A stretch of DNA of 64,000 bases from an uncultured Rhodospirillaceae bacterium (GCA_964499275.1 CAZCKO010000003.1:21729-85728); one strand, 5' to 3'; positions 9,680 through 21,539 are shown, counted from the stretch's first letter. Made by a program: numbers and translations. The notes: generated from the sequence alone by a model not told the origin.

Positions 9680-11527
9680 ATGAATAAAACACTAATCGCC
9701 TATTTAGTGACAAGTTTTTTAGCTCATGACTATAATTTTTCAAACGCTCATGCCAATAATCTCAAACCACGCCATGCCCTTACTCTAGGTGAACGCCCGA
9801 AGTACAATTTCAATTTCAAACATCTAGAATACGTGAACCCAAACGCGCCGAAAGGAGGGACTGCAAAACTATTCTCAATAGGTACCTTTGACAGCTTTAA
9901 CCCATACATTATTAAGGGGAGCCCGGCGACAGGTACAGGGCTGTTGTTTGAAACCTTAATGAAGTCACCAGCAGATGATAGCTTGAGTGAATATGGCCTT
10001 ATAGCAGCGTCGGTTGAGGTACCGGACGACTTATCCTACGTCATTTATAATCTGCGAAAAGACGCTAAGTTCCATGACGGAACATCAATTACGGCAGAGG
10101 ATGTAGTTTTTAGCTTCAAATCTCTAAAATCAAAAGGTCAACCATTTTATCGATACTATTATGCGAACGTCACTAAAGCGGAAGCAATCACGAGTCATCG
10201 CGTCAAATTTAGCTTTTCAGGCCCACCGAACCGCGAGCTTCCACAAATAATTGGTCAATTGCCTGTATTATCGAAGGCCTGGTGGACGAATAATATTTTC
10301 TCTAAGACGACCCTGAAGCCGCCGCTAGGTAGCGGCCCGTACAAAATAAAATCCTTTGAACCCGGACGATTCATTGTTTACGAGCGAGTAAAAAATTACT
10401 GGGGTGAAAAGATTCCGCTGAGAATAGGACAAAATAATTTTGATATAGTTAGATACGACTATTACCGTGATCAGTCCGTAGCCCTAGAGGCCTTTAAGGC
10501 GGGATTATACGATTTTAGGTACGAAGGCTCATCTAAAGAATGGGCAACAGGTTACAACTTTCCAGCTAAAAAGCGTGGCGACGTAAAAATCGCAATGTTA
10601 AAGCATGCCAGACCTATGGGAATGCAAGCTTTCGTTTTTAATATTAGGAAAACTAAGTTTAAAAACAAAAAAGTCCGCCAGGCTTTAGCCTACGCCTTTG
10701 ATTTTGAATGGTCCAACCGGCAACTTTTTTATAGTCAATACACTCGAACTTCTAGTTACTTTGAAAATTCCGACCTAGCGGCCGCTCAATTACCTACTTT
10801 GGAAGAATTAAAAATATTGACACCGCTGCGTGGGCAAATACCAAACGAGGTATTTAACAAAATTTATAGGCCTATCAAAAGTAGCGGTTCCGGAAACAAT
10901 CGCACCAACCTACGCCAGGCTGCAAGGTTACTTAAAAATTCCGGATGGAAAATCATTAACAATCGGTTAGTGGACCCAAAATATGGTAGGCCCTTGGAAA
11001 TCGAATTTCTCCTAGTAAGTCCTGCTTTTGAACGAGTGGTATCTCCCTTTGTACGGAGTCTCAAACGACTAGGAATAAATAGCAGAATTCGTACCGTTGA
11101 CCCGGCTCAATACCAAAATAGAGTTCGTGACTTCGACTTCGATATAATCATTTCAACGTTTTCTCAATCTCTTTCTCCAGGAAATGAACAACGTAACTAT
11201 TGGCATAGCTCCTCTGCTAATAGACCGGGAAGTCGGAACTTAATTGGCGTGAAAGATCCAAAGATAGACTACCTTGTAGAAAATTTAATATCTGCAAAAG
11301 ATCGAAAATCACTGGTATTTGCTACACGAGCCCTAGATCGTGTCTTACAGTGGAATCACTTCGTCATACCACAATGGCATATCCGCTCCGATCGAATTGC
11401 GTGGTGGGATAAATTCGGAAGACCCAAAATTAGACCTAATTACGGGATAGGATTTTTCTCTTGGTGGATTGATGAAAGGAAGTCCCGGAATATACAATCC
11501 CAAGGTAAAAGGTCACTGTCTAAATGA
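9680..11527 (+). CDS. yejA: ABC transporter substrate-binding protein, family 5 (YejA-like), copy 1
   Basis: 615 aa with a signal peptide and SBP_bac_5 architecture. It lies upstream of yejB/yejE/yejF-like genes. Confidence 0.8.
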   Translation: MNKTLIAYLVTSFLAHDYNFSNAHANNLKPRHALTLGERPKYNFNFKHLEYVNPNAPKGGTAKLFSIGTFDSFNPYIIKGSPATGTGLLFETLMKSPADDSLSEYGLIAASVEVPDDLSYVIYNLRKDAKFHDGTSITAEDVVFSFKSLKSKGQPFYRYYYANVTKAEAITSHRVKFSFSGPPNRELPQIIGQLPVLSKAWWTNNIFSKTTLKPPLGSGPYKIKSFEPGRFIVYERVKNYWGEKIPLRIGQNNFDIVRYDYYRDQSVALEAFKAGLYDFRYEGSSKEWATGYNFPAKKRGDVKIAMLKHARPMGMQAFVFNIRKTKFKNKKVRQALAYAFDFEWSNRQLFYSQYTRTSSYFENSDLAAAQLPTLEELKILTPLRGQIPNEVFNKIYRPIKSSGSGNNRTNLRQAARLLKNSGWKIINNRLVDPKYGRPLEIEFLLVSPAFERVVSPFVRSLKRLGINSRIRTVDPAQYQNRVRDFDFDIIISTFSQSLSPGNEQRNYWHSSSANRPGSRNLIGVKDPKIDYLVENLISAKDRKSLVFATRALDRVLQWNHFVIPQWHIRSDRIAWWDKFGRPKIRPNYGIGFFSWWIDERKSRNIQSQGKRSLSK

Positions 11528-13365
11528 TCAATCGTGTTTTAACAGCTATTGCTATTGCCTCAATTATAAATGTTGGAGCACCTGTAAATGGACAATCTCT
11601 CAAAAGCCACGGTCTCTCCGCCTTTGGAGATCTAAAATATAGTCCTTCCTTCAAAAACTTTGACTACGTGAATCCTGATGCACCCCGTGGTGGCACAATA
11701 CGACTATGGGGCCTTGATTCCTTTAATAGCGTGAACCCATTTATACTCAAAGGCGTTCCCGCAGATAGGATTGGTTTAATTCACGCCTCCCTCATGGAGC
11801 GCGCAATGGATGAACCGGATGCAGTATATGGGTTTATTGCTGAGAGGGCTTCATTCGGAGCTGATAGAAAAAGTATTACATTTTACTTACGTCAATCTGC
11901 TAAGTTCAGCGATGGCACAGCCATAACAGCTGATGATATTGTTTTCACTTTTAAAACACTTATCAAACATGGGCACCCTCAATATCGTTTCATCTTAGCT
12001 GACGTAATTACCGCAGAGGCAATCAACAAATTCGAAGTGAAATATAATTTTAAGTCGAATAACAGTCGGAATTTACCTCTCCAAATCGCCGCATTGCCTG
12101 TCTTATCAAAGAAATACTATGAAAATTTACCATTCGCCAAAACGACGATGAAACCACCGCCAGGGGCAGGACCCTACCAAGTGTACAAGATTGTTCCAGG
12201 GCGATCCATCACCTATCAGAGGATAAAAAACCATTGGGCACGGGATCTTCCGGTTATGCGGGGGCGCTACAACTTTGAAAAAATACGCGTCGATTATTAT
12301 CGCGATCGTGATATTGCATTTCAGGCCTTCTTCGCAAATGAGTATGATTTTCGTGAAGAATTTACGTCTCGGAGTTGGGCAACACAGTATGATGATAAAC
12401 CGGCAATTAAAGACCGTCGTGTAATAAGAGTTACTTTGCCGGATTCGACACCTTCAGGGGTTCAGGCTTTTTTTTTCAATATGCGGCGACAGAAATTTAA
12501 AGACCGACGTGTCAGGACAGCTATAGACCTGGCTTTTGACTTCGAGTGGACGAATAAAACATTGTTCTATGGACTTTACAAACGTACCAACAGCATGTTT
12601 GCCAATAGTAACCTTGCCGCAGATAAACCGCCGAACAACGATGAACGGAGATTACTAAAAAAAATACCCTACCAAATCCCAACTGAAGTCTTTACAAGAC
12701 CCTACCAATCACCCAAAACCGATGGCTCCGGTCGCAATCGCATAAATTTGCGTGAAGCATCAAAATTACTACGTAATGCAGGCTGGAAAATTACTGATAA
12801 TAAACTTATTAACCGGGATGGAAAACCTTTGACCATTGAGTTCCTTCTTTATGAAAGCTCATTCCGACGCATAATTAACCCTTATATTCGCAACCTTAAA
12901 AGAATTGGTATCAATGCTAGTATAAGAATTGTCGACGTCGCAAATTTTCAGCACCGAATGCAAAATTTTGACTTTGATGTTGTGATCCAGCGCTACGTTC
13001 AAAGGAATACGCCGGGAATGGAACTCAAAACCTATTTTAGCTCTAAAATGGCTAACGTAGCCGGCTCAAGAAACCTTGCCGGTATAACAAATCGGGCTGT
13101 CGACTACCTAATTTCAAAAATTATTTCGGCAAAATCTCGCGTCGAATTACAGACCAGGGTCCACGCTATCGACCGTGTGTTGATGTGGAACCGCTACATG
13201 ATCCCACAGTGGTACAAAGGAGTGCATAATATTGCTTATTGGAATAAGTTTGATCAGCCAAAAATAAAACCAAAATTTGCCCTCGGAGTAATCGACACGT
13301 GGTGGTACAACGCCGAAAAGTCTGCGTTAATTAATGCTGGAAAAGCACCAATCACACTCAAATGA
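11524..13365 (+). CDS. ABC transporter substrate-binding protein, family 5 (YejA-like), copy 2 (tandem paralog)
   Basis: 613 aa and clearly paralogous to copy 1 (NPDAPRGGTIRLWGLDSFNSVNPFILKG versus NPNAPKGGTAKLFSIGTFDSFNPYIIKG). Its start overlaps the stop of copy 1 by 4 nt. Confidence 0.8.
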   Translation: MINRVLTAIAIASIINVGAPVNGQSLKSHGLSAFGDLKYSPSFKNFDYVNPDAPRGGTIRLWGLDSFNSVNPFILKGVPADRIGLIHASLMERAMDEPDAVYGFIAERASFGADRKSITFYLRQSAKFSDGTAITADDIVFTFKTLIKHGHPQYRFILADVITAEAINKFEVKYNFKSNNSRNLPLQIAALPVLSKKYYENLPFAKTTMKPPPGAGPYQVYKIVPGRSITYQRIKNHWARDLPVMRGRYNFEKIRVDYYRDRDIAFQAFFANEYDFREEFTSRSWATQYDDKPAIKDRRVIRVTLPDSTPSGVQAFFFNMRRQKFKDRRVRTAIDLAFDFEWTNKTLFYGLYKRTNSMFANSNLAADKPPNNDERRLLKKIPYQIPTEVFTRPYQSPKTDGSGRNRINLREASKLLRNAGWKITDNKLINRDGKPLTIEFLLYESSFRRIINPYIRNLKRIGINASIRIVDVANFQHRMQNFDFDVVIQRYVQRNTPGMELKTYFSSKMANVAGSRNLAGITNRAVDYLISKIISAKSRVELQTRVHAIDRVLMWNRYMIPQWYKGVHNIAYWNKFDQPKIKPKFALGVIDTWWYNAEKSALINAGKAPITLK

Positions 13366-13380
13366 TGGTTTGTTAAACAA

Positions 13381-14505
13381 ATGCTCGCATACATCATCCG
13401 CAGACTACTTCTTATAATTCCAACCCTTCTCGGCATAATGGTTATCAATTTTGCCATCATACAATTTGCACCGGGTGGGCCAATCGAACAGATCATTGCA
13501 CAACTCACTGGGGCCGACGTCGGGGCAACAGCACGTATTGGTGGTACTGGTGGAACAGAGGCCGGAACGAACTCGGCAGCAGCCCAACAGGCCTCATCAG
13601 GTGCTACTAGTGCTTTAAATAATACTTACCGCGGTGCACAAGGTCTCGACCCTGAGTTCATCAAACAGCTAGAAAAACAATTTGGGTTCGATAAACCAAT
13701 TCACGAGCGTTTCCTGTTCATGATGTGGAATTATATCCGATTTGATTTTGGGACAAGTTACTTCCGCGATGAAGCCGTAATTGACTTGGTACTCTCTAAA
13801 CTCCCAGTCTCCATATCGCTTGGGATTTGGACCACACTCCTAGTTTACTTAATATCAATTCCTCTTGGAATTCGAAAGGCGGTGAAAGATGGGGGTTCTT
13901 TCGATATTTGGACTAGTGCCGTCATAATCGTGGGTAATGCTATACCCGGCTTTTTATTTGCAGTCATGCTTATAGTTTTATTTGCAGGCGGAAGCTATTT
14001 CGATTGGTTTCCGTTACGGGGGCTTGTTTCAGAAAATTGGGACCAACTTAGCTGGCCTTTGCGTATTCTAGATTACCTTTGGCATATGGTATTGCCAATT
14101 ACCGCGCTTGTTATTGGTGGATTTGCAGCTCTCACGTTTTTAACCAAAAATTCCTTTCTCGACCAGATCAACCAACAATATGTATTAACTGCTAAAGCAA
14201 AAGGTTTGACTGAACATCGCGTACTTTATGGCCATGTCTTTCGGAATGCGATGTTGATTGTTATTGCCGGATTCCCGGCTGCATTTGTCAGCATTCTCTT
14301 TACTGGTGCTTTGTTAATCGAAATTATTTTTTCTCTAGACGGTCTAGGACTTCTTGGTTTTGAAGCGGTTATTAAACGAGATTATCCTATAATGTTTGCG
14401 TCTCTATTTTTCTTCACTTTATTGGGTCTGATTATGAAGCTGGTTGGGGACCTTACCTATATGTTGATTGATCCACGAATTGATTTTGAGGGCCGGGATG
14501 TCTGA
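13381..14505 (+). CDS. yejB: ABC transporter permease (YejB-like, DppB family)
   Basis: 374 aa polytopic permease. It has a YejB-like insertion of a Gly/Thr/Ala-rich periplasmic loop. Confidence 0.8.
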   Translation: MLAYIIRRLLLIIPTLLGIMVINFAIIQFAPGGPIEQIIAQLTGADVGATARIGGTGGTEAGTNSAAAQQASSGATSALNNTYRGAQGLDPEFIKQLEKQFGFDKPIHERFLFMMWNYIRFDFGTSYFRDEAVIDLVLSKLPVSISLGIWTTLLVYLISIPLGIRKAVKDGGSFDIWTSAVIIVGNAIPGFLFAVMLIVLFAGGSYFDWFPLRGLVSENWDQLSWPLRILDYLWHMVLPITALVIGGFAALTFLTKNSFLDQINQQYVLTAKAKGLTEHRVLYGHVFRNAMLIVIAGFPAAFVSILFTGALLIEIIFSLDGLGLLGFEAVIKRDYPIMFASLFFFTLLGLIMKLVGDLTYMLIDPRIDFEGRDV

Positions 14506-15592
14506 AGCTTTGGTGGCATCAAAACACAACGAGGCCAATAGACAACGAATGCAAACCATCCTTGGAATTGTAGTGACGCCATTAACAATAAGGCGTCTAC
14601 AAAATTTTAAATCAAATAGGCGAGGTTATGTGTCATTTTGGATTTTTATGGGCTTATTTGTTTTTAGCGTGTTTGCTGAATTATTAGCAAACGACAAGCC
14701 CTTAATGATTGAATATCAGGGTTCCTATTACTTTCCAGTTGTAAAGATATATCCTGAAACTGTGTTTGGTGGTGATTTTGAGACGGAAGCCGAATATAGA
14801 GAAATAGATGTACAAAAACTGATTACAACCAAAGGCGGGAAAATTTACTGGCCTTTAATTCGCTATAGCTATAGCACCGTAAACCTAAATTTAAGTCAGC
14901 CTGCTCCTTCTCCTCCAACACTTGAAAACCTTTTGGGTACGGATGACCAAGCCCGGGACGTCTTAGCACGGGTAATTTATGGGTTCCGATTATCTGTTTT
15001 TTTTGGGTTGATTTTGACTATTTTATCGTCGTTTCTTGGCATTGCGGCAGGAGCAATACAAGGCTATTTCGGTGGTTGGACTGATCTTCTATTTCAGAGG
15101 TTTATTGAGATTTGGTCGGGTCTTCCACGTCTTTTCCTTCTAATAATATTAGCAAGTATTTTTCAACCGAGTTTTTGGTTACTCCTCGGCCTTCTTCTGC
15201 TTTTTGAATGGATGGCACTTGAAGGTGTTGTGAGAGCCGAATTCCTCCGTACCCGAAATTTCGATTACGTACGCGCGGCCCGAGCCCTGGGCGTCGGCAA
15301 TAGTAAGATTATACATCGTCATGTTCTACCTAATGCCATGACAGCCGCTCTTACATTTTTGCCCTTCGTATTAATCGGCTCAATAACAGCCCTTACTTCA
15401 CTAGACTTCCTAGGTTTTGGCTTACCGCCGGGCTCGCCCTCCCTGGGTGAATTATTAGCTCAGGGCAAAGCGAACCTGCAGGCCCCATGGCTGGGTATTA
15501 CAGCATTTCTGGTTCTAGCTGGGATGTTGAGCCTGTTAGTTTTTATTGGCGAAGCGATTAGAGATGCTTTCGACCCACGAAAGACGATGTGA
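14498..15592 (+). CDS. yejE: ABC transporter permease (YejE-like, DppC family)
   Basis: Polytopic permease. The probable start is the ATG overlapping the yejB stop (ATGTCTGA); the track ORF extends upstream to 14468. Confidence 0.75.
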   Translation: MSEALVASKHNEANRQRMQTILGIVVTPLTIRRLQNFKSNRRGYVSFWIFMGLFVFSVFAELLANDKPLMIEYQGSYYFPVVKIYPETVFGGDFETEAEYREIDVQKLITTKGGKIYWPLIRYSYSTVNLNLSQPAPSPPTLENLLGTDDQARDVLARVIYGFRLSVFFGLILTILSSFLGIAAGAIQGYFGGWTDLLFQRFIEIWSGLPRLFLLIILASIFQPSFWLLLGLLLLFEWMALEGVVRAEFLRTRNFDYVRAARALGVGNSKIIHRHVLPNAMTAALTFLPFVLIGSITALTSLDFLGFGLPPGSPSLGELLAQGKANLQAPWLGITAFLVLAGMLSLLVFIGEAIRDAFDPRKTM

Positions 15593-17220
15593 GAATGAAT
15601 ATTTCTCCTACCCAACTCCTCGAAATAGCAAACCTCTCAGTATCCTTTGGTCAAGACAGCGGAGTGGTTAAAGCCGTTCAGGGGATCAACTTTAATGTTA
15701 AGAAGGGAGAGACAGTCGCCTTAGTCGGTGAAAGTGGATCAGGTAAATCCGTAACGGCTTTATCTGTTATGCAGCTTTTGCCTTACCCCAGTGCACACCA
15801 CCCTCAGGGGAGTATTAAATTTAATGGTCAGGAGCTCATTGGCACCAAGACGGAAATATTACAGAAAATTCGGGGAAATCGAATTGGTATCATTTTCCAA
15901 GAACCCATGACTTCTCTTAATCCATTGCATACGCTGGAAAAACAAATAGCAGAATCTCTTTTTTTACATGAGAAGCTCGATAGAATATCGGCGCAGAAAA
16001 AAGTGTTGGCGCTGTTAGATCAAGTGGGATTAAGCGATGCTGAAAATCGTTTGCAGTCATATCCACATCAACTATCAGGAGGACAACGCCAACGCGTGAT
16101 GATTGCGATGGCCCTCGCTAACGACCCCGACTTATTGATTGCAGATGAGCCAACAACCGCACTCGATGTAACCATTCAGGCACAAATACTAACACTTTTG
16201 AAGGACCTGCAACAAAAGCATGGGATGTCAATGCTACTTATCACCCATGATTTGGGGATTGTCAGAAAGATAGCTGATCGAGTTTGCGTAATGACAGAAG
16301 GCAGAATTGTTGAACAGGGGATTACGGAAGATATATTTGGCAACCCAAAACACAAATATACACGACACCTTTTAGAATCGGAGCCTAAGGGCAAACCGAA
16401 TATAGCCAGGAATCAATCACCAGTTATCATGGAAGCCATTGACCTCAAGGTTTGGTTTCCTATTAGGAGTGGTTTTCTTCGCCGAACCGTAGGTCATATA
16501 AAGGCTGTTGATGGTATATCCCTTCAAATAAGGGAAGGTCATACTCTCGGTATTGTCGGTGAAAGCGGCTCCGGAAAGACAACTTTAGCACTAGGTTTAC
16601 TTAGACTGGAAAAAAGTGAAGGCGAAATTATTTTCTTAGGTGCAAAAGTTCAAGGTTGGAGTTGGAAGGAACTACGATCACTTCGCTGCAATATGCAAAT
16701 TGTCTTCCAGGATCCCTATGGCTCCCTAAGTCCACGCATGTCAGTAGGACAAATTATAGAAGAAGGGATGGTTATTCATTTACCTGCTCTATCTCATGAT
16801 GAGAGAAGTCAAATAATTTCAAACACCCTGGTTGAAGTCGGACTGGACCCCCAAACCCAGAATCGGTATCCCCACGAGTTTTCCGGTGGTCAGAGACAGA
16901 GAATAGCTATCGCAAGAGCATTAGTGCTTAAACCAAGTTTAATTGTTCTCGATGAGCCAACATCAGCGCTAGATGTGTCGGTACAAGCACAAATTGTTGA
17001 TTTATTGCGTGACCTGCAGCAAAAACATAAACTATCTTACTTGTTTATCAGTCACGATCTCAAAGTAGTCCAAGCCCTTGCTGACCAGGTTATAGTGATG
17101 CGTAATGGAAGGATAGTCGAGCATGGATCGACAGAAAAAATCTTCCACAACCCGGTACAGAAATATACCAAGTCTCTTATAAAAGCTGCTTTCGATATAG
17201 AAACATTGGCAATCGATTAG
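15589..17220 (+). CDS. yejF: ABC transporter ATP-binding protein with two fused ATPase domains (YejF-like)
   Basis: 543 aa. Two Walker A motifs (GESGSGKS twice), two LSGGQRQR signature motifs, two Walker B motifs. Confidence 0.85.
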   Translation: MRMNISPTQLLEIANLSVSFGQDSGVVKAVQGINFNVKKGETVALVGESGSGKSVTALSVMQLLPYPSAHHPQGSIKFNGQELIGTKTEILQKIRGNRIGIIFQEPMTSLNPLHTLEKQIAESLFLHEKLDRISAQKKVLALLDQVGLSDAENRLQSYPHQLSGGQRQRVMIAMALANDPDLLIADEPTTALDVTIQAQILTLLKDLQQKHGMSMLLITHDLGIVRKIADRVCVMTEGRIVEQGITEDIFGNPKHKYTRHLLESEPKGKPNIARNQSPVIMEAIDLKVWFPIRSGFLRRTVGHIKAVDGISLQIREGHTLGIVGESGSGKTTLALGLLRLEKSEGEIIFLGAKVQGWSWKELRSLRCNMQIVFQDPYGSLSPRMSVGQIIEEGMVIHLPALSHDERSQIISNTLVEVGLDPQTQNRYPHEFSGGQRQRIAIARALVLKPSLIVLDEPTSALDVSVQAQIVDLLRDLQQKHKLSYLFISHDLKVVQALADQVIVMRNGRIVEHGSTEKIFHNPVQKYTKSLIKAAFDIETLAID

Positions 17221-17290
17221 GTGTTAATTGGATTAGAGCTTTAGTTCCATTATATGGTTAAAAGCCCTACCTATTGTAAATATCTCTCCT

Positions 17291-18703
17291 TCACAGGCCT
17301 TGAAGACGGTTTTTTTTATTCTTTTTAAAACGGGCTTCAATCACATTGTAAAGCGCACGCATCCCCATAGCGTCGCCGCCAACTGGCCTTCCTGGTCGGG
17401 AAGTACGATTCCATGCCATAATATCAAAATGCACCCACTGGGTGTTTTGTGACACAAACTCTTTTAAAAATAACGCGGCAGTAATTGCCCCAGCAAAGCC
17501 ACCTTCAGAAACATTGTTAATATCTGCTACTGAACTTTTCAAAAGCCGACGGTAACCTGGAAATAAGGGTAGTCGCCAAACAGGGTCTTCTAACATTTCT
17601 CCCGATTCAAAAATCGCATTCGCTAGTTTATCATTATTACAGAACATAGCGGAAATATCAGTCCCAACAGCTACCCGCGCCGCTCCGGTAAGTGTAGAAA
17701 AATCGGCAATTAAGGCGGGTTTTTCTCGGTCCGCCTCGGCGAGAGCATCACACATTACCAGCCTGCCTTCTGCATCAGTATTACCAACTTCAACTGTTAT
17801 ACCTTTGCGTGTTCGAATGATATCAGAAGGACGATAGGCGTTGCCGGCAACTGAGTTTTCGACAGCACCGATTAATACACGTAAACGAACATCTAGCTTG
17901 GCATCCATAATCATATGTGCGAGGCCTAGAACATGTGCTGCTCCGCCCATATCCTTTTTCATACGCAGCATCCCCGCCGCACTTTTTAAATCGAGACCGC
18001 CGGTATCAAAACACACACCCTTACCTACTAATGTAACCTTGGGGGCATCACGCCTTCCCCATGTCAGATCAACTAATCGTGGAGCTTTGCTCGCCGCACG
18101 ACCTACCGCGTGAATAGTGGGGTAATTTTTTTTAATCAGGGAGTTCCCAATCACTACGCTTAATTTTGCACTATGCCTTTTAGCAAGTTTGCGGGCTGCC
18201 GTAGCTAGTTCCGGTGGCCCCATATCCTCCGCCGGTATATTAATTAAATCGCGCACCAGTACCGTTGCATCTGCAGTTCGCCTTACTGTTGCCCGATCGC
18301 AATCTTTGGGCCAGACAAGGGTAGGTACTTTAACTGACGGGGGGTTGCTTTTGTATTGGTTAAATTGGTAGCACCCCAAAGCCCAGCCAAGTGCGGCTGC
18401 GGTTGCACCAGCTTTCCCCATTCGAGCATCAATTTGGTATTTACCCTCCGGCAGTTTTGAGGGAAGAGAAGCATAGCTCCACAAGGCTCGATGGTCTTCC
18501 ACCCCCCACAAGATTTGGGACAACGACCCATCATCTTGGGAGACAAGACTTAATGAACCGGGGGTTGCTTTAAAACTCGTACTTTTTACCCAACGCTTCA
18601 TAGTTTCATCTTGCTTTTTCAGCCAAGCCTGAAAGACATCCGTTTCTATTGGAATGATGGGTATGGTTCGACTATCCGCCGATATCACAAAACGATAGGT
18701 CAT
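17291..18703 (-). CDS. M17 family leucyl aminopeptidase
   Basis: 470 aa. Carries the M17 active-site signature NTDAEGRL and the metal-binding region. Confidence 0.85.
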   Translation of the reverse strand: MTYRFVISADSRTIPIIPIETDVFQAWLKKQDETMKRWVKSTSFKATPGSLSLVSQDDGSLSQILWGVEDHRALWSYASLPSKLPEGKYQIDARMGKAGATAAALGWALGCYQFNQYKSNPPSVKVPTLVWPKDCDRATVRRTADATVLVRDLINIPAEDMGPPELATAARKLAKRHSAKLSVVIGNSLIKKNYPTIHAVGRAASKAPRLVDLTWGRRDAPKVTLVGKGVCFDTGGLDLKSAAGMLRMKKDMGGAAHVLGLAHMIMDAKLDVRLRVLIGAVENSVAGNAYRPSDIIRTRKGITVEVGNTDAEGRLVMCDALAEADREKPALIADFSTLTGAARVAVGTDISAMFCNNDKLANAIFESGEMLEDPVWRLPLFPGYRRLLKSSVADINNVSEGGFAGAITAALFLKEFVSQNTQWVHFDIMAWNRTSRPGRPVGGDAMGMRALYNVIEARFKKNKKNRLQGL

Positions 18704-19857
18704 GGTGCTTCTATTGCTGCAGAAATATTAGTAATCATAGCCTCCATATCCACCGCCCCATTTACGCGGGAACCGATGGCTATATGCGGACTCATAACAA
18801 CATTCTTGTAGGTAAGAAAAGGATCATCCTCATCCCCCGGTTCCATGTAGTGAACATCCATACCAACGCCACCTATTCTACCCGCATCGAGAGCCGAAAG
18901 CAGTGCGTCTTTCTGTATAATATCCGCGCGCGCAATATTAACGATGATAATCCCAGGTTTTGCGCCCTCTAATTGTTGTCCTCCAATCAGCCCCTTGGTG
19001 CTTTCATTTAAGGGAACGTGAATGCTCACAAAATCAGATTGTTTAAAGAGTTCGTTTAACGAGACGAATCTTGCCTTGAATTGCTCCTCTAGCTCCGAAT
19101 CCAATTGGTTGCGCTGAGTATAAAGAACCTCCATATCGAAGGCATTAGCCCAGTTGGCCACGTACCGTCCCACAGATCCCAACCCGACAATACCCAAGGT
19201 GGAACCAAACATATTTTTGACACCCGAAATACGTGCCCAGTTTGAGTTAGCAGTGTGGCGACGATCATATTCTCGTGCTGGCCAACCTTCCGCCTTTAGA
19301 GCTTCAATAGTAAGAAGCTTATTAGTTTCCACAGTCTTTTTCGCTAACGCCATCATCAATGAAAAAGCATGCTCCCCGACAGCAACATTAACGGTGCGGT
19401 GAAAGGGTAATGCGGGAATATTTCTCGCAGTACACGCTATTTCATCAATATTTCTCATATCTGTCCGAAAGTTTTGGACAAATTTCAAATTTGGGGATAG
19501 CTCCAACTCTTCACTGCCGACAATAAAATCCTCTACCACCACCGCGTCAGCAGCTGGTAACGCTGCTCGAAATTCTTCTTGGCTATTGGTCAATATCACA
19601 CGCGACGGTGCAATAGAAGGATATTTCCTTCGAATATTTTCACACCAGTCGGGAAATTCTGGCATATCAACAGAATAGTAATCAACAAAAGCTGAAATTC
19701 GTTCAGAGTCACAATCAGGATCTAGTATAACACTCAGCGCCCTAATAATATGGTCATTTTGAATCACAAGAATAGGCATATTTCCCGTATCTCCAAAAAT
19801 TGGTATGCAACGATCATAATCGGCGGGCACCTTATCGTCCCTGCACCATACGAACAA
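18700..19857 (-). CDS. D-isomer-specific 2-hydroxyacid dehydrogenase family protein
   Basis: 385 aa. NAD-binding Rossmann motif GIVGLGSVGRYVA plus the catalytic-domain pattern. An N-terminal extension of about 60 aa is present. The stop overlaps the start of the aminopeptidase by 4 nt. Confidence 0.7.
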   Translation of the reverse strand: MFVWCRDDKVPADYDRCIPIFGDTGNMPILVIQNDHIIRALSVILDPDCDSERISAFVDYYSVDMPEFPDWCENIRRKYPSIAPSRVILTNSQEEFRAALPAADAVVVEDFIVGSEELELSPNLKFVQNFRTDMRNIDEIACTARNIPALPFHRTVNVAVGEHAFSLMMALAKKTVETNKLLTIEALKAEGWPAREYDRRHTANSNWARISGVKNMFGSTLGIVGLGSVGRYVANWANAFDMEVLYTQRNQLDSELEEQFKARFVSLNELFKQSDFVSIHVPLNESTKGLIGGQQLEGAKPGIIIVNIARADIIQKDALLSALDAGRIGGVGMDVHYMEPGDEDDPFLTYKNVVMSPHIAIGSRVNGAVDMEAMITNISAAIEAP

Positions 19858-19871
19858 CTAGTGGAATAATA

Positions 19872-20762
19872 TTAATTTGAATCAAATAATAAATTGGCAG
19901 CAGCTTCCGCCATTAGCCGGCCACTATGACCGACATCCGGTATTTCTTTTATTTGCCAAGAGAATGTTAAATTCAATCTTTTAGCAATGTTTTTTGCGCG
20001 ATAAAAAAAGTTACGCCCTCTAGCTAATCGATGAGGCCCTTGCGCCATCGTTTCCCTTGTAATGCGCAAGCCAGGATGATTTTCGTCATCATCATCCTGA
20101 CCTAACATGATAATAAGTTTCTGGGAAAACGAACGTCGAAATAGACTATCAGTTTCGAGCGTATTTCCCATACCATAGGGAAAGCCGATTTTTATATCTG
20201 GTTCGGTGTACCAGCCGGCATTTGCGGCCACTGCTGCCGTTAGTTTTTTCGAGGGAGAAAAAAGAATCAGTCGATGAACAAACTGGGAACCAGCTGAATG
20301 CCCAAAAAGTGAGTACTTTTTTTGTTTAAACCGAAGTTTATCTCTAGATTGATCAAAAACTCTATCGATAACAAGAAATGAGCGGACAGTATGCGACGAA
20401 AAATGACCAGCCCGATTTTTTAAATTCCCGAGATTAAACTGTCTAGAACCTCTATAATTTTGCCGGGAAAACTCTGGGGCTAAAACTAAAACTCCATATC
20501 GCTCAGCAGCGTCCATAAAATAGTCGCGATAACGATCCGCGTTACGACTTTGCCCATGTATAGCGATCAAAATCTGGCCATTAGTCTGAAAAGATTGGGG
20601 GCGATAAAAATAAACATTCATTGGTGCCGCCATTACACCGCGACCGTCACCCACAGTTATAACGCCTTGTGATGCCGAATTTGCTGTCCATCCCGGAGAA
20701 TGAAACGAAGAGAAAATAATAGAAAGACAAAATCCTAATGTTAAGCGCATAACTCCGATCAT
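19872..20762 (-). CDS. secreted alpha/beta hydrolase (esterase / PHB-depolymerase-like)
   Basis: 296 aa. N-terminal signal peptide and nucleophile elbow GHSAG. Confidence 0.55.
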   Translation of the reverse strand: MIGVMRLTLGFCLSIIFSSFHSPGWTANSASQGVITVGDGRGVMAAPMNVYFYRPQSFQTNGQILIAIHGQSRNADRYRDYFMDAAERYGVLVLAPEFSRQNYRGSRQFNLGNLKNRAGHFSSHTVRSFLVIDRVFDQSRDKLRFKQKKYSLFGHSAGSQFVHRLILFSPSKKLTAAVAANAGWYTEPDIKIGFPYGMGNTLETDSLFRRSFSQKLIIMLGQDDDDENHPGLRITRETMAQGPHRLARGRNFFYRAKNIAKRLNLTFSWQIKEIPDVGHSGRLMAEAAANLLFDSN

Positions 20763-20804
20763 AGATATTTTATATCTACTATTTGTATAGCTTATTTAAA
20801 AATT

Positions 20805-21539
20805 TTATAGCTCTTCGCAACCGGCGCGGCGACTAAGGTATTCCCAAATCCTCTCGTGTCCAATCGTAGAAGCTTTTGCTTTCCCCATTGCAGCCTCAAT
20901 CTCTCCCTCCGACAAAAACTTTACGTTCCCCATTTGCATCGCCGCGGTCTGTACCCGTGCGTTAACCACAGCGTAAATAGCCGTTGTCACTGCAGTGTAA
21001 AGCGATTCCGTTGCGACGGTCAGTCCATGGCCACGCATGAGTACAAGTCGGTTATCACCTAACGTTTGAGCAAGGTCGCGCCCATGATCCATATTGACTA
21101 CCAGCATGTCTGTATCGCCAAAACTATCGCAGATATCCCAAACCGGTACTTTCTTGCCAATTCTCGATGCATTATGGAAAACCGGCTTTAATGGTACGGG
21201 GGTTATACCAAAAGGAAGCAAGGCCTCTGCATGACTGTGCACACATCCTTTCATATCAGGTCGTAATTCATATATAGCAGCATGGATGAAACGCTCAAGA
21301 TAGGCAGATGACCCATCCGGATCAATCATTTCACCAGCTAGATCAAATTCCTTAATATCGTCTAAAGTAACCAACTCCGGGCTGCGTGACCGTGATAGAA
21401 GAAATCTATCTGGATAGTCGGGATGGCGCACGCTTACGTGACCGAATCCGTCTACGACACCCTGATGCGCCAAAATTCGATTAGCTACAACGAGATCACG
21501 ACGTAATTTATCTAAATCAGGCTGCTCTCGTATTTCCAC
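20805..21539 (-). CDS. class II aldolase/adducin family protein
   Basis: 244 aa. N-terminal pattern DLVVANRILAHQGVVDGFGHVSVRH is typical of the class II aldolase/adducin fold. Confidence 0.8.
   Translation of the reverse strand: MEIREQPDLDKLRRDLVVANRILAHQGVVDGFGHVSVRHPDYPDRFLLSRSRSPELVTLDDIKEFDLAGEMIDPDGSSAYLERFIHAAIYELRPDMKGCVHSHAEALLPFGITPVPLKPVFHNASRIGKKVPVWDICDSFGDTDMLVVNMDHGRDLAQTLGDNRLVLMRGHGLTVATESLYTAVTTAIYAVVNARVQTAAMQMGNVKFLSEGEIEAAMGKAKASTIGHERIWEYLSRRAGCEEL

Noticed and set aside
17260-17330. Possible intrinsic terminator after yejF (CTTCA...TGAAG stem followed by a T8 run)
   Set aside because: The stem is only 5 bp and the T-run lies inside the 3' end of the convergent aminopeptidase coding sequence. 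Not convincing without folding energy.
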